From: Macrostomum lignano
Lineage: Eukaryota
Reading direction: 5' to 3'
Assembly: GCA_002269645.1 (NCBI GenBank)
Contig: NIVC01001025.1
Coordinates: forward strand, 1 to 64,000
Length of the DNA stretch: 64,000 bases
In this document: piece after piece, positions 61,745 through 64,000 of the stretch
Position numbering within the stretch: position 1 is the first letter of the stretch
Layout of the letters: every line of letters begins with the position of its first letter
Made by a program: the position numbers and the translations under genes
The notes under the pieces: generated by a model
What the model saw: the letters and a program-made list of their open reading frames with translations, nothing else
Database searches by the model: none
Told to the model about the DNA's origin: nothing

Positions 61745-64000
61745 ATGGCACTGAAGATTGCTAACACTGTCTCCACTCTACTGTTTGCTGTCTGCTTGGC
61801 CGTGTGCTCAGGTGAGTAAACGTTAAGAGACTTGTTGTATCGTCAATGGTCGCTGGGATTTTGATGGGGGGCAGTTGAACGGAGGTTTAATCACGGAGAG
61901 TTTGGACAGGTGAACGGAGGTCTAATCACTGAGAGTTTGGACAGGTGAACGGAGGTCTAATCACTGAGAGGTTGGACAGGTGAACAAAGGTCTAATCACT
62001 GAGAGTTTGGACAGGTGAACGGGGGTCTAATCATTGAGAGTTTGTACAGGTGAACGGAGGTCTAATCTCTGAGAGTTTGGACAGGTGAACGGAGGTCTAA
62101 TCTCTGAGAGTTTGGACAGGTGAACGGTGATCTAATCACGGAGAGTTTGGACAGGTGAACGGTGATCTAATCACGGAGAGTTTGGACAGGTGAACAAAGG
62201 TCTAATCACTGAGAGTTTGGACAGTCCCGATCAAGTGATCCGATCACCCTGAATGACCGAGCTCCCGCAGATGTCGGCGGTGCCATCATCTCCTGTCCCC
62301 AGGGTGTGGAAATCTTCGATCATAATTACGACTCGCATCCACGACTGTCGATGTTCGCCGAGTGCAAGCACCTGAAGCATCTGCCCGAGGCTGACATTAG
62401 GTGTCAGGTGAGTCACAAGTCTGCAAATTTGCCAAAAATATTCGTATCAGTCTATAGCTAACTCGCAGTGATGCGTGGCTACATGCACTCGATGTCTGCT
62501 CGACATTGATATAAGCGACAGTGAATCCGAGCAGGAAAAAAATTTATGAAAGACTGCAGAATATTGAACTTTGGAATTGTGCTATAGGAAAAACAGCTGG
62601 GCGGGTTCAGTCAGAGTGCTTCATCTTGCAGCTTAGTTATTTGATCCGCAGTCTGGTTCTGTCATAACTAGTCTAGACTGTCTGTCATACGTCTGTCTAT
62701 TAGTTACATCTATTCGAATATTAGTGTTGTCGTGTACTAAGAGTGTAGAAATATCACTATAAAGCCCATACTTTTTTCATTTTTCATTTTCGACAGCATG
62801 TTTAAAGACCTGTTAGAATCATGGCCTCATCCTGCAATTGCCTCCCCACTGACTGCAGGTCGACTGCAAGAACTACTCGAGAAAAAAAGATAGGAAACTA
62901 CGTTTCTTGGAAAACTTTAGTAGGCAGTTTTAGACTACCGAAGAAATACACTACAGAGATAGGAAACTACGTTTCTTGGAAAACTTTAGTAGGCAGTTTT
63001 AGACTACCGAAGAAATACACTACAGAGATAGGAAACTACGTTTCTTGGAAAACTTTAGTAGGCAGTTTTAGACTACCGAAGAAATACACTACAGAGAAAG
63101 GAAACTACGTTTCTTGGAAAACTTTAGTAGGCAGTTTTAGACTACCGAAGAAATACACTACAGAGATAGGAAACTACGTTTCTTGGAAAACTTTAGTAGG
63201 CAGTTTTAGACTACCGAAGAAATACACTACAGAGATAGGAAACTACGTTTCTTGGAAAACTTTAGTAGGCAGTTTTAGACTACCGAAGAAATACACTACA
63301 GAGATAGGAAACTACGTTTCTTGGAAAACTTTAGTAGGCAGTTTTAGACTACCGCAGAAATACACTACAGAGATAGGAAGTCTTCATTTTTTCAGTACAA
63401 AAATTTTAATTGCTTTTGATAGGAGGCAGACCCAATGTTCATCTTTTGATATGACTTGCCATCTTTATAGCTCACTTGATATTAACAAAGCTTTTCATTT
63501 AGAAAATTAGAATTCTATGTTAATTTTATAACCAACGTACATTTCCTGTGCCTTAAAATCATAAAAAATGGCGCAACTCCACTCATTGGCTTTATGAATC
63601 TATTTTATCATTCTGTTGCACGTTTTGTTACGCAGTCATTAAGCTAAGAAGGATTTTCTAATGATTTTCTGATAACGAATATCAATAGAGAGCTATAAGA
63701 GGCAAGTCATATCAAAATATGAACATTTGGTCTGCCTTCTATCAAAAGCAATTACAAATTTTGTGCTGAAAAATGAAAAATTCCAATCTCCGTAGTGTAT
63801 CTTTCAGTAAAACCAGCCTTCTAAAGTTTTCCAAGAAACCGTAGAAACGTAGTTTCGCGTCTTTCTACTTGAGTAGTGCTTGGTCGACTGTCTACTTAAC
63901 TAAACTAAAAAGCCCTGTGCTCCAACCCCGATTTGACGGACTCAGATCTCCAAGCAGCTGATCATTCAGGCGGGCTACGGCAGCGTGGTGCAGTACATCC
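61745..64000 (+). CDS. Secreted or surface protein of unknown family; 5' part only, continues beyond the window
   Basis: TATAAAAG at 61602, AAA-ATG at 61745. Exon 61745-61811 encodes a signal peptide (MALKIANTVSTLLFAVCLAVCS). Exon 62271-62407 (DVGGAIISCPQG..ECKHLKHLPEADIRCQ) and exon 63946-end (ISKQLIIQAGYGSVVQYI) join in frame with canonical GTGAGT donors. Confidence 0.7.
61874..62224 (+). repeat. 35-bp minisatellite (10 units), intron 1 of the secreted-protein gene
   Basis: GTGAACGGAGGTCTAATCACTGAGAGTTTGGACAG in tandem, with an exact 35-bp period. Confidence 0.95.
62867..63882. mobile_element. hAT-like MITE/foldback element with long imperfect TIRs and a perfect 8-bp TSD
   Basis: GTCGACTG at 62859-62866 and 63883-63890. 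Termini CAAGAACTACTCGAG / CTTGAGTAGTGCTTG. The arms are inverted copies (63385-63483 vs 63680-63780, and outward). Confidence 0.85.
62885..63383. repeat. 69-bp minisatellite (~7 copies) inside the left arm of the hAT-like MITE
   Basis: GAGATAGGAAACTACGTTTCTTGGAAAACTTTAGTAGGCAGTTTTAGACTACCGAAGAAATACACTACA in tandem. Confidence 0.95.

Noticed and set aside
60170-63383. CRISPR-like appearance of regular repeats (also at 27290, 31640 and 43620)
   Set aside because: Units are contiguous with no unique spacers, there are no cas genes, and the context is eukaryotic.
62821-63510. 229-aa ORF with 23-aa repeats
   Set aside because: The 69-bp array inside a MITE, in an intron of the secreted-protein gene.

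Overview
Eukaryotic (metazoan) genomic DNA with spliceosomal introns, most likely a free-living flatworm of the Macrostomum type. This is inferred from GC-rich exons, minisatellite-packed introns, a flatworm-like neuropeptide precursor and a possible spliced-leader-supplied start codon. Four conserved genes can be rebuilt by hand: SAM50 (-, two 1-nt frameshifts plus a truncated duplicate of its last exon), CPEB1 (+, Q/A-rich N-terminus), AMPK beta subunit (-) and TAO kinase (-). Five small or orphan genes are also supported: a Cys-ectodomain type-I membrane protein, a Lys-rich CaaX protein, a neuropeptide prohormone, a coiled-coil/TM protein and a secreted protein that runs off the window end. 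About 30 different minisatellite arrays cover roughly a third of the window and sit in most long introns. Several non-autonomous mobile elements are visible: a 3.5-kb Helitron carrying a compound minisatellite, two copies of an 8-bp-TSD hAT-like MITE, and other TIR elements. Top leads are: (1) TAO kinase lacks exactly its initiator Met at a 3' splice acceptor, as expected if the flatworm spliced-leader AUG supplies it; (2) in-situ minisatellite amplification is caught acting on a MITE arm, a stop codon and splice-site-like units; (3) one intron holds ten 35-nt units that each look like a complete mini-intron. Most long ORFs in the supplied track are repeat artefacts. All coordinates were counted by hand and may be off by a few bases.
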